DNA of 64,000 nt, taken from assembly GCA_965153355.1 (NCBI GenBank), contig OZ231126.1, positions 16,430,001-16,494,000 on the forward strand. Direction: 5' to 3'. The position numbers were made by a program, and so were the translations under genes. Numbering within the stretch: position 1 is the stretch's first letter; each line of letters starts with the position of its first letter. Below the pieces are notes generated by a model. The model ran no database searches and was not told where the DNA came from. It saw only the letters and a program-made list of their open reading frames with translations. This stretch comes from Flaccisagitta enflata (lineage: Eukaryota). Of this stretch, positions 11,924 through 23,500 are shown piece by piece.

Positions 11924-13351
11924 ATGGCGACGGAACGGGCAACCCACTCTCTCCCCATCGAAAAGTTCAGACTGGGTTTCCACAATCTGGACAAGTACAT
12001 CCCATTGTTCGAGGATGCGGTTGAACTAAGCTGTAACCCCGCAACAGATGAGCGAAAGAAAGATCTGTGCAAGAAATGGTTCCCTCTCATGCTCGACGAC
12101 GCCGCTAGGACAGTTTATGAAAACATCACCAAGACAACTTGGGATGCAATCAAGGTGGAACTCAAAACCCTGATGATAGACCCGCAGGCACAATACAACT
12201 GGAAAGCGGGCTATGTTACGGTAATCTGGGACGAAAAAGAAAGTTTTCATGAACTTGCCGCTCGTGTCAAACGCTGCGTCGACCTGTACGACCCCACTGC
12301 AGACAAGAAAACCCAATACTTCTTTCGCTTTAGGCTGGCCCTGCCGCCCGAATTCCGCTACGCCATCGACACGAGCGCAGCAGGAGAATCAGGCACCATC
12401 GAAGATGCCAAGGGTGCCGCCTACAGGTTTCAAATGGCGTTGAACGAGATGGGCCTCACATTCACCTCGCAAAAGTCGGTCTCCTTCGACAACGGCATGG
12501 GTAAACCAATGATGGGCGCGGCGAAAAACACTGGACAAACTGCGGGCCACGCCATGGCAGGCCTGGCAATGGGCCAAGGGACGTCCTTCCAAGCCGCGTC
12601 AATGGACCCAGACCGCGTGAAGACCCTCGAAATGGGACTTCAGAAGCTCAGCATTGAAGTTGGCAACCTCAAAGAAGAGAAGGCTACCCAAAGCCGCCAC
12701 TCTTCGACAAACCGCGAGGAACGGAGACCACACTACGAGAACTCCTCCAGCCGACAACCATCCAGGGACCGCGGCGACAGCTATGAAAGGAGGAGATATG
12801 ACAGCCGCGACAGAGGCCGTTATGACAGCCGCGAGAGAGGCCGTTACGATAGCCGCGAGAGAGGCCGTTACGACAGCCGCGACAGAGGCCGTTACGACAG
12901 CCGCGACAGAGGCCGTTACGACAGCCGCGACAGAGGCCGGTATGACAGCCGCGACAGAAGTCGCTACGACAGCCGCGACAGAGGCCGCTACAATAGCCGC
13001 GACAGGGGCCGCTACGATAGCCGCGACAGGGGCCGTTACGACAGCCGAGACCGTGGACGAAGTCGTAGAGACAGCTTCGATTATGATCGAGACAACCGCA
13101 ATCAACGCGGCCGGGACAACCGTAACCGCCGAGACAGTAGAGACAATCGGGATCGCCGGGACGGCCGGGATCGCCGCGATGGGTCGAGAAGACGTGATTC
13201 TGACGACAGGCGCGACAATCGTCGCGACGATGACCGTTCCCGCGACAGGCGTGGCAATGACCGCCCCAGCCTGAATGCGGCAGAGGTGGAGAGACTCCAA
13301 GCCTTCTGCCAAATGCTCGCGGGCGACGGCGATGCTCAACAGGAAAACTAA
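11924..13351 (+). CDS. gag: Gag (capsid-like N-half; R/D-rich repeat C-half; no CCHC knuckle)
   Basis: CAAAATGG start context; retrotransposon capsid-like pattern ([12 protein letters not shown]...[10 protein letters not shown]); directly upstream of pol and ends QEN-stop at a frameshift site. Confidence 0.9.
   Translation: MATERATHSLPIEKFRLGFHNLDKYIPLFEDAVELSCNPATDERKKDLCKKWFPLMLDDAARTVYENITKTTWDAIKVELKTLMIDPQAQYNWKAGYVTVIWDEKESFHELAARVKRCVDLYDPTADKKTQYFFRFRLALPPEFRYAIDTSAAGESGTIEDAKGAAYRFQMALNEMGLTFTSQKSVSFDNGMGKPMMGAAKNTGQTAGHAMAGLAMGQGTSFQAASMDPDRVKTLEMGLQKLSIEVGNLKEEKATQSRHSSTNREERRPHYENSSSRQPSRDRGDSYERRRYDSRDRGRYDSRERGRYDSRERGRYDSRDRGRYDSRDRGRYDSRDRGRYDSRDRSRYDSRDRGRYNSRDRGRYDSRDRGRYDSRDRGRSRRDSFDYDRDNRNQRGRDNRNRRDSRDNRDRRDGRDRRDGSRRRDSDDRRDNRRDDDRSRDRRGNDRPSLNAAEVERLQAFCQMLAGDGDAQQEN
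12794..13057 (+). repeat. 11 x 24-bp coding repeat (RYDSRDRG) in gag
   Basis: Counted 11 units with mostly synonymous differences. Confidence 0.95.
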
Positions 13352-13399
13352 AAACCGGCGCAGCTAGCGGGCAAGCTGGCGCCGGTGAGATGAATGCCC
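13342..13399 (+). promoter_or_regulatory. -1 ribosomal frameshift signal with predicted H-type pseudoknot
   Basis: G GAA AAC heptamer before the gag stop, 5-nt spacer, stem ACCGGCGC-AGCT / AGCT-G-GCGCCGGT, loop GGGCA complementary to downstream TGCCC. The -1 frame is open into pol. Confidence 0.85.
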
Positions 13400-16300
13400 C
13401 TAATGATGCGAGTAATAGTGACAAACACAGTGAAAGAGATCAACCCCAAACCAACACGGAAACAACCACCAAGTGGAGATCAATGTTTGACGTCGTAGTA
13501 GGAACGCAGCGTTTCCCTGTTCTGGGAGACTCGGGCTGCACAAAGTCATGCATGTCGATCGATTATTTTAAGAGAAACCCCAAACTGAAGAAATCATTTG
13601 TTAAGGCCAAAACAACAGGAAGAGCAATCAATGGCTCGGATGTAACATCGATCGGAGAAACAACCCTCAAATTCTCCATCCAAGGGACACCTATGAAGTG
13701 GACCTTCAGAATCATCAAAGGACTGATTGACCCCATAGTCCTTGGCTGGGACTGGATGCTCGAATACAAGGTGAAAATGGATGCCGCAAATGGACTGCTG
13801 CACTTCCTGAATGGCAAAACCGCACCCCTCATTGAAGACCTACCCCCTATGTGTGTCTACAGGGCATGCGAAAACATCATCCTCCCACCTAACTCCCTCG
13901 TTCACGCAGAAGTGGAACTCTATGGAAAGGTTCCCTCACTTGGTGACGGACCCATGGCGGTCATCACCGAACCATTCGTCTCAAATGGAACCTTCTATGC
14001 AGCAAGAACCTGCTCAAATCTGGTCGAAAACAGGTTCATGACAGAGTTTATCAACACAAGCAAAAAGGCAGTGCGATTACAAGCTGGCCAAGCCATCGGA
14101 TTTGCTGAGAAAGTAAGTTCCGATCATGTCGATGAATCCATACACACAACGGAAATGTTTTGCGCATTCAAAAGCAGCAACTCAAAACCAACCGAGCCAG
14201 AGCTGAAGAAAGAACCTGAGTCCGACGAAGACATCACAACACTCAAGCACAAACACAAAGATGTCCCTGAGGACATACCAGAGGGGGCTAAACCACTCAG
14301 CATTGACTACACCAAAATGGCGGAAGACGCGAAACCGTTCCTTCCGCGACTTCAACATCTTCTGGAAGTTAAACACAAGGAAGCTTTCTCCCGCCATGAT
14401 CGCGATTATGGACTGACCAACTTGATCCAATATCGCGCCCACATGAAAGACCCAGATGAAAACCCTACGGCGCAGAAGCCGTACCGCACAAATCCGGAGA
14501 TGCGGGCAATCATCGACAAACAAGCCTACGAGATGATCGCTGATGGCCTCGTTGGGCCATCCAAAAGCCCGTTTGCGGCGCCAATTCTCCTGAACAAGAA
14601 GAAGTGCGGAGGATGGCGCTTCCTGACAGACTTCCGCAAGGTCAACGAGCGATGTGAAAAAGTGGTTTACCCACTCCCTAGGATAGAGGACTCAATCCAA
14701 CGCCTCGAAAACCCAAGATACTTCACATCGCTCGACCTTACGAAGGGCTTTTGGCAAATTCCTGTCCACCCCGCGGACAGGAAATATTTTGCCTTTAGCA
14801 CCGAGAGCATGCACTTAGAGTATCTTGTGGCCCCAATGGGCGCAAAGAACTCTCCTGCCTACCTCAGTGCCTTGATGCAATTGATCTTGCGCGGCTTGCC
14901 CATTCAGAATGTGGTGAGCTACTTAGACGACATACTTATCGCCGACACCGACATGGAGACACACTTGGTCCACCTCGACAAAGTGCTCTCGGCAATCAAG
15001 AAGGCGGGTCTCAAACTGAACCCTGCCAAATCGTCGATAGCGGGAGAGTCTGTTGTCTGCCTCGGTCACCACTTGTCCAGGGAAGGAATCTCCCCTGACC
15101 CCGCCAACGTGAAGAAGATCAAGACTTGGAAAGCTCCCGACAACCAGAAAAAGCTACGCGCTTTCCTCGGTTTGACGGGATACTACCGTCAGTTTGTCCA
15201 AGGCTACAGCAAGATAGCGGGCTGTCTGACCGACCTCACCCGCGACGGAGTTAAGTGGCACTGGGACAAGGAACACCAAGACGCCTTCGAAAAGCTCCGG
15301 GACATACTGATCTCAGATCTAGTGATGTGCTATCCTAACTTCAAGGAGCCCTTTATCGTCAAAACCGACGCGTCGCTCACGGCGATCGGTTACGTCCTGA
15401 CCCAAATGATCAGCAACAAGGAGAGAGTAATCTCTTATGGGTCGAAAAAGCTCAGTCTACCTCAGCAAAGATGGTCAACATATGACCGTGAGTTCTTTGC
15501 TTTGGTCACTGGCATTCGAGCTAACGCCCACTACCTTCGCTACGCAAAGTTCACCGTCGTAACGGATCATCGACCGCTGCTCGCTTGGAGACGCGTAGAC
15601 AGCAGAAAGGACCCGACGGGAAGACGAACCAGGTGGGCCATTGAGCTCGATAATTATGAATTCCAAATGGTTTACAAGAAAGGTAAAACTCACCTGGATG
15701 CCGACGCCATGAGCAGACGTGGCGATGACGACGATGAGGAAGCCGTCGACGACGAAGACTTCTGCTTGGCGACACTCGAAGACCTGTTCGAGGAGCAGCA
15801 GGATGTCGAATATACTTACCATTTCTTGGGCATGGACGATGACAGAGAGTATCTGTTTGCGAGGCTAAGCGCGGAGGAAGATGCTATCGACAAACTCCGC
15901 ACGGAACAAATGGCAGACCCAATCATCCCCGAAGTAATGGAGTTTGTCCGAACACGAAAGAAACCCCCAAAGAAATTCCCATCCGAATGGTACCGCAGAC
16001 ACTTCAAGGCACTTGCGATACGCGACGGCATCCTCTACAGGAAGTCATATGCAAAAGCTGCTGACCGCCATGTCCTGCAAGCGGTCATCCCCGACACCAT
16101 GATTGGGGAAGTCCTAGACGACATCCATGGATCGACCTGGTCGGGTCATCCGGGACTTGAAAAAATGCTCCTCGTGGTCAAGCGATATGCCATTTGGCCT
16201 TCGCTGCGTCAAGACCTCCAGGAAAAAGCTCAAAACTGCCTCATTTGCGACCAAATGCGGGAACAAGTACCTGGACCCGCGACGCCACTACAGCCAATTG

Positions 16301-18678
16301 TCGCTAGAGCAGTTTTTGACCACGTCATGTGTGACCTTGTGTCATTCGACGAACCCAGCTTTGGATTCAAACACGTTCTCGTTTTCAAAGATGTCTTCTC
16401 TGGCTTCATAAAATGCTACAAACTCCGCGACAAAACAACCAATGGAGTTGTCAAGGCCTTTGAGGACTTGGTGTGCACCCTTGGACCGCCTAAGCGCCTG
16501 ACTTCCGATAACGGTGGCGAGTTCGTCTCTAACTCACTAAAGGACGCATGCGCAACTATCGGAGTCAAGAAACGCACCAGCGTCGCGTACAGGCCACAGT
16601 CGCAGGGAAATGTGGAACGCCAGAACCGCACAATCATCAAGGAATTGCAAAAACGACTAGCGCAATATGGCAAGTCATGGGCACAGCACCTGCCGTACAT
16701 CGAGTATGCGCATAATACAACGCCTTACTCAAGAACAGAGACGTCTCCATATCTGGTTTTCTTCGGTCACGAACCATACCTCCCACCTTACGCGGAACCG
16801 GAGAAAAAGGAAGTTAGAGACGTGAAGTGCTCCCAATTCCTGCAAGACTTGAGGGACAAAGCGAAAAAGACCCTCGACGAAATCAACAGGAGAGCCGACG
16901 AAAAGCGCGAGAAAGAAGCGGCCACATACAACAAGAAGGCGAAACACACCCCCTTCGAAGAAGGCGACCATGTGTGGGAGCGCAGAGAAATTAGAACCAA
17001 AGAAAAGCCGCGATGGACCGGTCCGATACGGGTGAGATCCCGCAATCGGAGCCCTACCGGCGAGCCAGGTACAACGTACATCTGCGAACGCCGCGACGGT
17101 TCCATCTGCCGCAAGAATTACGAACAACTGAAGAAAGTGAATGCGCGTTACGAGGAGAACATGGCTAAACCGCTCGAGGACGCCAAGAAACTCAAGCCAA
17201 AAATGCTACAGGCCATACTTCTAGCCGCTGCCGGAGGTAAACCAACCAACCAACCACCGGACGAGCAAGCTGCAACCGCACCAAGCGGCGGTGCTCTGGG
17301 CCAACCTAACACCGCCAATGGCAATGACGACGACAACACCAGCGCCGAAAATAGTGCAGCCAACATAGGCACCACAAGCGCTGATGCTACCAATAACAAC
17401 AGCAACAGCACAAATACAGGTGCGGAAATGGGCGATACGATCGCCGACGCAAACGCCGGCCCTGTGAGCGCGACCGCCGTTGTCGACGCAACGAGTGGTG
17501 CAAACATTGAAACTGCAATTGTCAATGCCGGAGCGAACATCGAAGCGACAAACGTTGTCGCAAACAATGACGTCGAAGGGGCCGAAGTAAACGCCGGCGA
17601 GGGAACCAAAACGCTACCAAGCATTCATGCAGAAGAAGCGGAAGCAAACTCTGACGCTAGAGGAAGTGATGAGCCCCAAGACGACCTTGCATCAGACGAT
17701 GGCTCAGATAATACCATCGCCAACATCGCTGATGTTGCTGATGTGGCAGACATGGCCGAAAGTGCAGAACCGTCTGCGCAAGTAACATCCAGCAGAAACC
17801 AAGGAAACAACACAGAGGACTCTGAATCAGAAGAGGAAGAGTCAAGCCCGGACGAAGAAGATTATGAGACTTGCGCAACAAAATCCCAGGATGAGAGCGA
17901 CCTCGAAATTGACACAACGCCAACAAACGCACGGACTGGGGAAGTTGCAGCTTTACTTGCAGGTACGGAAGACGCTGTTGCGTCAACATCCGCTGCCGCA
18001 ACAAGCCTACCACAACCTCTATATGCCCTCAGAGGTCCAAGCCGTCCTGGTCAGTTACCGTTGCCGGAGAATCAACCCTCCGGGATCCCACGCCATCCAA
18101 TTTTCGACGGTGACTTGGAAGATTATCCGGAAGAAAACCTGACCCCAACATCTTCAACCGCAGCCCAACCAATTTGCGGGAACGACGCATCACTGACCCT
18201 GAAAAGAGGAAAAGCGCCGGCCAACACTGTCAATGTAACGGCGCAAATGATTAACCAAAGTCACGGGAGTGGGGAAGTTACCGGACCAGCCGCGGAACCA
18301 ACAGCCTGTCCAGCGCTACAGATTTTCTCTGGTCACGGTAATGCCTATTATGCTAAATCCCCAGCAGGTCACGTTCCCATTTCCAGGGTGCAACAACACA
18401 TCCAACCGTCGGTGACGCAAGAAGCTGCCCCATTGGAGAAAGCAGGAGCAGAAGCCACTCTAGTTCCAGAAACACTACCCAAGTCAAGTGCTGACCAACA
18501 CGACGTCAAAGGGAAGAGACGCCCCAAAGACGACAAAGTCCGCCCAAGCGAGGGACCAGTACAACTCAACTCTACAGGAACGATCAATTACCGAACAAGC
18601 AGCGAAGTCGGGCCCAACGTCCAAACAAGATCAACGAGAGTGTTCAACAGAGACGCCAACGGAAGATTCAGGAAATAG
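13342..18678 (+). CDS. pol: Pol polyprotein: protease, RT, RNase H, integrase, long C-terminal tail (first ATG at 13390)
   Basis: LGDSG (D at 13528) and ILGWD-like [18 protein letters not shown] and YLDD (14920); RNase H TDAS (D at 15367), DHRPL, ADAMSR; integrase HHCC, D..D35E (MCD 16333, SDNG 16507, VER 16615) and a GPY/F-like WTGPI. Confidence 0.98.
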   Translation, partial: GKLKTGAASGQAGAGEMNAPNDASNSDKHSERDQPQTNTETTTKWRSMFDVVVGTQRFPVLGDSGCTKSCMSIDYFKRNPKLKKSFVKAKTTGRAINGSDVTSIGETTLKFSIQGTPMKWTFRIIKGLIDPIVLGWDWMLEYKVKMDAANGLLHFLNGKTAPLIEDLPPMCVYRACENIILPPNSLVHAEVELYGKVPSLGDGPMAVITEPFVSNGTFYAARTCSNLVENRFMTEFINTSKKAVRLQAGQAIGFAEKVSSDHVDESIHTTEMFCAFKSSNSKPTEPELKKEPESDEDITTLKHKHKDVPEDIPEGAKPLSIDYTKMAEDAKPFLPRLQHLLEVKHKEAFSRHDRDYGLTNLIQYRAHMKDPDENPTAQKPYRTNPEMRAIIDKQAYEMIADGLVGPSKSPFAAPILLNKKKCGGWRFLTDFRKVNERCEKVVYPLPRIEDSIQRLENPRYFTSLDLTKGFWQIPVHPADRKYFAFSTESMHLEYLVAPMGAKNSPAYLSALMQLILRGLPIQNVVSYLDDILIADTDMETHLVHLDKVLSAIKKAGLKLNPAKSSIAGESVVCLGHHLSREGISPDPANVKKIKTWKAPDNQKKLRAFLGLTGYYRQFVQGYSKIAGCLTDLTRDGVKWHWDKEHQDAFEKLRDILISDLVMCYPNFKEPFIVKTDASLTAIGYVLTQMISNKERVISYGSKKLSLPQQRWSTYDREFFALVTGIRANAHYLRYAKFTVVTDHRPLLAWRRVDSRKDPTGRRTRWAIELDNYEFQMVYKKGKTHLDADAMSRRGDDDDEEAVDDEDFCLATLEDLFEEQQDVEYTYHFLGMDDDREYLFARLSAEEDAIDKLRTEQMADPIIPEVMEFVRTRKKPPKKFPSEWYRRHFKALAIRDGILYRKSYAKAADRHVLQAVIPDTMIGEVLDDIHGSTWSGHPGLEKMLLVVKRYAIWPSLRQDLQEKAQNCLICDQMREQVPGPATPLQPIVARAVFDHVMCDLVSFDEPSFGFKHVLVFKDVFSGFIKCYKLRDKTTNGVVKAFEDLVCTLGPPKRLTSDNGGEFVSNSLKDACATIGVKKRTSVAYRPQSQGNVERQNRTIIKELQKRLAQYGKSWAQHLPYIEYAHNTTPYSRTETSPYLVFFGHEPYLPPYAEPEKKEVRDVKCSQFLQDLRDKAKKTLDEINRRADEKREKEAATYNKKAKHTPFEEGDHVWERREIRTKEKPRWTGPIRVRSRNRSPTGEPGTTYICERRDGSICRKNYEQLKKVNARYEENMAKPLEDAKKLKPKMLQAILLAAAGGKPTNQPPDEQAATAPSGGALGQPNTANGNDDDNTSAENSAANIGTTSADATNNNSNSTNTGAEMGDTIADANAGPVSATAVVDATSGANIETAIVNAGANIEATNVVANNDVEGAEVNAGEGTKTLPSIHAEEAEANSDARGSDEPQDDLASDDGSDNTIANIADVADVADMAESAEPSAQVTSSRNQGNNTEDSESEEEESSPDEEDYETCATKSQDESDLEIDTTPTNARTGEVAALLAGTEDAVASTSAAATSLPQPLYALRGPSRPGQLPLPENQPSGIPRHPIFDGDLEDYPEENLTPTSSTAAQPICGNDASLTLKRGKAPANTVNVTAQMINQSHGSGEVTGPAAEPTACPALQIFSGHGNAYYAKSPAGHVPISRVQQHIQPSVTQEAAPLEKAGAEATLVPETLPKSSADQHDVKGKRRPKDDKVRPSEGPVQLNSTGTINYRTSSEVGPNVQTRSTRVFNRDANGRFRK

Positions 18679-20566
18679 CGTAACCTATCATACCTGAGAT
18701 ACATTCCATCGTCATTTGCTTGTTTATTCCTCGTTGTATCATTCGCATGTTGCTAATTAGATCTTACTAGACCATTCTATTATACTTTTCAACTAACGCA
18801 TAAATGTGAAATCATTTTTTTTGCGTGCCTATATATCGATCATTGCATGACTATCAACTGTATCGTTTATGCAATATAACGCAATAATGTGTAACCATCT
18901 ATGTGCGTTAATCTCATCTTTATCTCATTGCATGAAACTAACATTGATCATTTATCCGCATGGGTGATAACCATCTTGGTGCGGGATACTGAATCCTCTC
19001 ACTGCATGAAAAACTTCATGTTTCCAGTATAATAGTCTATAGTCTAGATCGCGGAATTAGACCGCCAAAAGAAAAAAAAAAAAGGAAAAAAAAAATAACC
19101 TCCCATCATTAGGATAATCCATCTCAACTACTTCATCTACTACTTCATTCTCATTCCATTAAAATCTCCTCATCTACCTCGTGTCCTTTCATCGACGTTT
19201 CCATGACCTTGTACATAGTTGTTAGTTAGTTGGTAATTCTAGAAGTCCGGCTAATCCCAAAACTTGCGCAAATAATAATGATCATTACCCACTAACAATT
19301 TAACCATTCCTCCCCTTCTCCAAAGGTCTGAACCCACAATTCGGACGGGACACTTACTCATGTAACAGAGCCCTAGTGTCACTTTCATTGTTTGACGAAA
19401 AGGAGCTCCATCAACCAAAACGGAAGGTAAACACTGACCATGTTGAAGCTGGACCAGCGACGATCCTTGAAGAATTCTGAGCTGAATGATGATGAATGAA
19501 TGAGCAAAGGCCACGAAATCGAGTGATTGAGATATGCAAAATGAATTATTCAGTGAAAGTTGTTATTGTTGATAGTCTGTAGTAACAACAGTTACTGTCA
19601 ATTTGGCCATGAGTCAATTAACGTCATTAGTTACCACTCTTGTTATAGGTCATGGAGGCTTACTTTCGTTATCACTGACGGGACGCGTAAACCGCGAAAC
19701 CCGCCACTTGTTCTTGCTGTAGAATAGCAACTTAGCTACGGGAATCCTTACCACGGCGCCGTGTGAAACCACGACGACGCCGCGACCTTGTTATTAGATA
19801 GACTGGAAAACAGAATGCGCAACAGGAATACGAACCCAAGAAGAAGAATGAAACATCAAGCAACCACCAGTTCTGAGAATTACGATTCTGAGAGACGCAT
19901 ATTCGTTAATTCCCGCTCAAATCCCCCAGACTAGCTAGACTTGAAATGTGAAGTTTGTAAAATAAAACAGTTGGTCGAATATCTTTTCATTTTCTCATCA
20001 AACTGAAGACAGGGAATTGTAAAACAGGCCAGATTTCTTTCCTCCGTGTATGGACAGATTAGCCAAGGAAATGACCCCTATCCCAAACGTAAAAGAGAGA
20101 GAAAAAAAAAACGCGACATGGACTGAAATCGATACTTTTTTTTTCCTCTTTAGTCTTCTCTAACTTCCATCCACTACTTGCGCAATTTCCGCTTTAACTT
20201 GATTCTGTTTCCTCATTACAAATTCAATCTTTCTTTACTCCTCCTTTTTACTTTTAGAGAATCAGGTAAGAATCTTTAAAGTGAAAGCCTTGATACAAAA
20301 TCGATTTACTTACGGACACGCGCGTAAACGCGGTTCGGTCCGCAACGAAATTCATGTAATTTGCCCAGAATAACAAACTCGATAGTGCATTCAAAGATTC
20401 TTTCGGCCCCAGGGCCGCGATAGCGCATTCGGGTAAGTAAGTAGTTCTGTAGTAACACAATTTAGACGGAAACACATGTGATAGTCGTTCTCCGTAATTG
20501 ACATCCCCCCTTCCATACAACGGAGCCGACGACACACGTGTAACAGTGTGCATCGTCACTCGCAAA

Positions 20567-23500
20567 ATGGCTCATCAATTTAGAATCCCAAAAGAGAATG
20601 ACGCCAAGGCAGACATCGTCATCAACGTGCCAGAGGATGTCCTCGACTGCGAGCGCACAGACTTACCCACACTTATCCCTGACATGAGTCTGCTGCCATC
20701 ATGGGGTAAAGGCGTTAAAAAGCCCAACAAAAACACTGACAAACGCCAGATTAACGAGCTTGAGGCCGTGGTTGAAGCAAGACTCTCAAGGCGCATCACT
20801 ATGGATCAGAAAGATATCCTTTATATCAACACATGTGATAGTGCAGATCAGATGGGAAAAGAAATCAATGACGCAATTGAGAGATTTGAAGGTGAGTACG
20901 TGAAGATGGGCGTAGACAACGAAAAAGATGGAAGCACCGTCCAACTGTCCATCAATCTCCCTAACCTCGATGGCCCAAACAAACACTTTGTAAGACATGT
21001 CATCTTCCAAACCAAGGCAACCCCAGAACACGAGTCTTACATTTTCAAAGATGGCGCATTCCCTCACAACCTCAGTGATATGTGGCATAACATGAAGCTT
21101 GTGATTGAGGGTGTTGAAATTCGGAAGGAAATCCCTATCCTCGCGAAATTGTTCAGAATCAACAATGAAACGGTAAATCGACTCAACTACATTGAAATCA
21201 GTGAAATCTTTGATTTTGTCTACTGCCTCACCAAGGAACCCGGTGAAGCACGGCGCTTCCTTGAATGCGACATGGCAGACGAAAAAAAAGTCAGACCATT
21301 CCGTTCGGTCCTCGACAAAGTAGGTCTGAAAACCTTTTGCAGACTGGCATGGCCGGACAGCGCATTGTTGAAGGTAACAGTTGCGCGCGATGACAGGGCT
21401 AACTACGATTTGAAAAAAGGTAAGTTGAGTGAATTCCTTAAAGAATATTGCTCTCTTGACGCAAAAGTAGGAAATGAGGCGCCGGAAGAGGTCTGCAATA
21501 AATATTTAGGAATAGACCCAATCCTTTTCGCGCGCCGATATGGTGGAGAAGACGCCGTCCTTGACTCTCTCAAAAGTAGAACCCTCAAAAGAGCTCTTGA
21601 AATCTTGGAGGGCCACCGTGATTCGCTCGATGCAAGCGAACCCGAGATGAGGGTTGTCAGAGCCTTAGAGGAAAAATTGAAAAACAACCTAGCAAGGAAG
21701 TTCTTCCCGCCTTTCCAAACCGTTCGTCACTACCTACATTTTCGCGCCATCGGAGTAGGAATGATGCGCGGAAAACGAGAGAACAAAAGAGTAGGCTTAG
21801 GCAGAACGCCAGTTGACGCAAAAACGCGCGAGTTGTATGAGGCCATGGAACGCGTTTACATAAGTCGCGTGAGATATGGAGAGTCCATTGAGCAAATGGA
21901 AGAAAGGATTGCAAAGTTGGGTAATGGTGAAACACATTCACCCGACATAACACCGCAATCTTCTCCGGTAAGAGTAGTTGAGTATGACGCGACTGAAACG
22001 GAGATAACGGAGAATGACGCAACAGACGCCGAAAACGCGGAATCTGAAGCGACGGCCACAGATGCGTCTGAGAACGCTGCCGCTGCCGGCGCTGCCGCCG
22101 TTGCTGCAGCGGAATCGCCAGTTGTAAGACCGAAAGAACGCGAATTGGACGACGAAATCCTAAGGAAACGCAAGTGGAGACGTGAAAGAGACGCTCAGCC
22201 GACTTCAGGTGAAGATGACGATGACGATGATGTTGATATTACAAATCAAAATGATCTGTCTCAATCTTCTGCCGATTCACCTATAAAAACCAACTCATTT
22301 TCTCCCAACCCAGATTCGTTACCGCGTATTTCGAGAGTAACCACTGTTTCCATTAGGGAACCAGAGAAAGAGTCATTACGTAGATCTAGCCCGGATCATT
22401 CTCAAGGTAAACACAGGCCAACTGTTGGAGCAAAGAGGAATTCGTTTGTAAATGATGAATATTTGGAGATGGATTTGGTGACGCCAACAAGAGATGGGGC
22501 TAAATCAACGTTAAAAAGGCGCAGAGATGACCCAGATGCAGAATCGAAAAATGCGTCATCCTCTACTGTCCTTTCTGAGGAATCCATGGATAAGATGATT
22601 ACGTGGTTCAAAAATAAATTGAGAGATGGGATGAACGGGATACCTTCTAATTTCAATATTTCCGCTAATTTTTCCACTAACCCAACAGACACGGAAACCG
22701 TTGTAACTGTTACACCTTTACCCTCATCTTCTCTTTCTTTTCCCTCCTCTTCAGGTCCAAACCGTTCGACAAAACATAACGCCGTCACGACGGCGAAATG
22801 TCGAGCAGTTACACTGAAGAGGAATTTTACCGCCTTGAAAAATGGCACAGGCACAAGAGATAGGAACGACCCAAATGATCAGCGGTCAGAGATGGAAGTG
22901 AAGATTGACGAGGCCGTGCAGATGATTGTAGAAAAGCCCTCACAGTCACTTAGAAATGCAGTTGACCGCATCTTTGTGCCTGACGACAAAAAGTTCGTTG
23001 ATAATTGCATCACGCTTGTCAAAAGATACATGGCAATTGAAACCAACCGAAGTAACAAAGCACGTATGTACACGGAGGTTCATAACGAATTGGGAGAGCG
23101 CCTCCAGAAAGCCTTTGTTTATCGCCTTTTGAATGAAAGCGTCATTCAGAGCCGCATCGCCATCATTACGAGGCTCAAATTTGATGCGGTCCCGGCCGAA
23201 ATTTTGCTGGACTACTTTGTCAACCAAACGGATTTGAATGGATTTAAGGAAGCTCTCTTGATGTTTTCTGAACCGGAGGTGAATCGTGTCGTGCGGAAGT
23301 TGGCCAAAAATTTCCGCGATCACGATGAAATTGCAAATTGGATGAACCGGTTCACTTATTTCCGGCCAATCGACACCGACAAAGTTGGTGAGCGGTTCAC
23401 GTTGAAACACGTGCACAAATTTGTCACTACCGCGTGCAGCCATGTCGGAATTCCGGTGCCTGAGGAAGCAAAATTCATATTTCTAGAAAAGTTCCTCTCC

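Noticed and set aside
12599-13424. Long antisense and alternative-frame ORFs over the gag repeats
   Set aside because: By-products of a stop-poor 24-bp repeat.
17161-18678. Chromodomain at the integrase C-terminus
   Set aside because: No aromatic-cage or YLVKW-type pattern; the sequence is low complexity.
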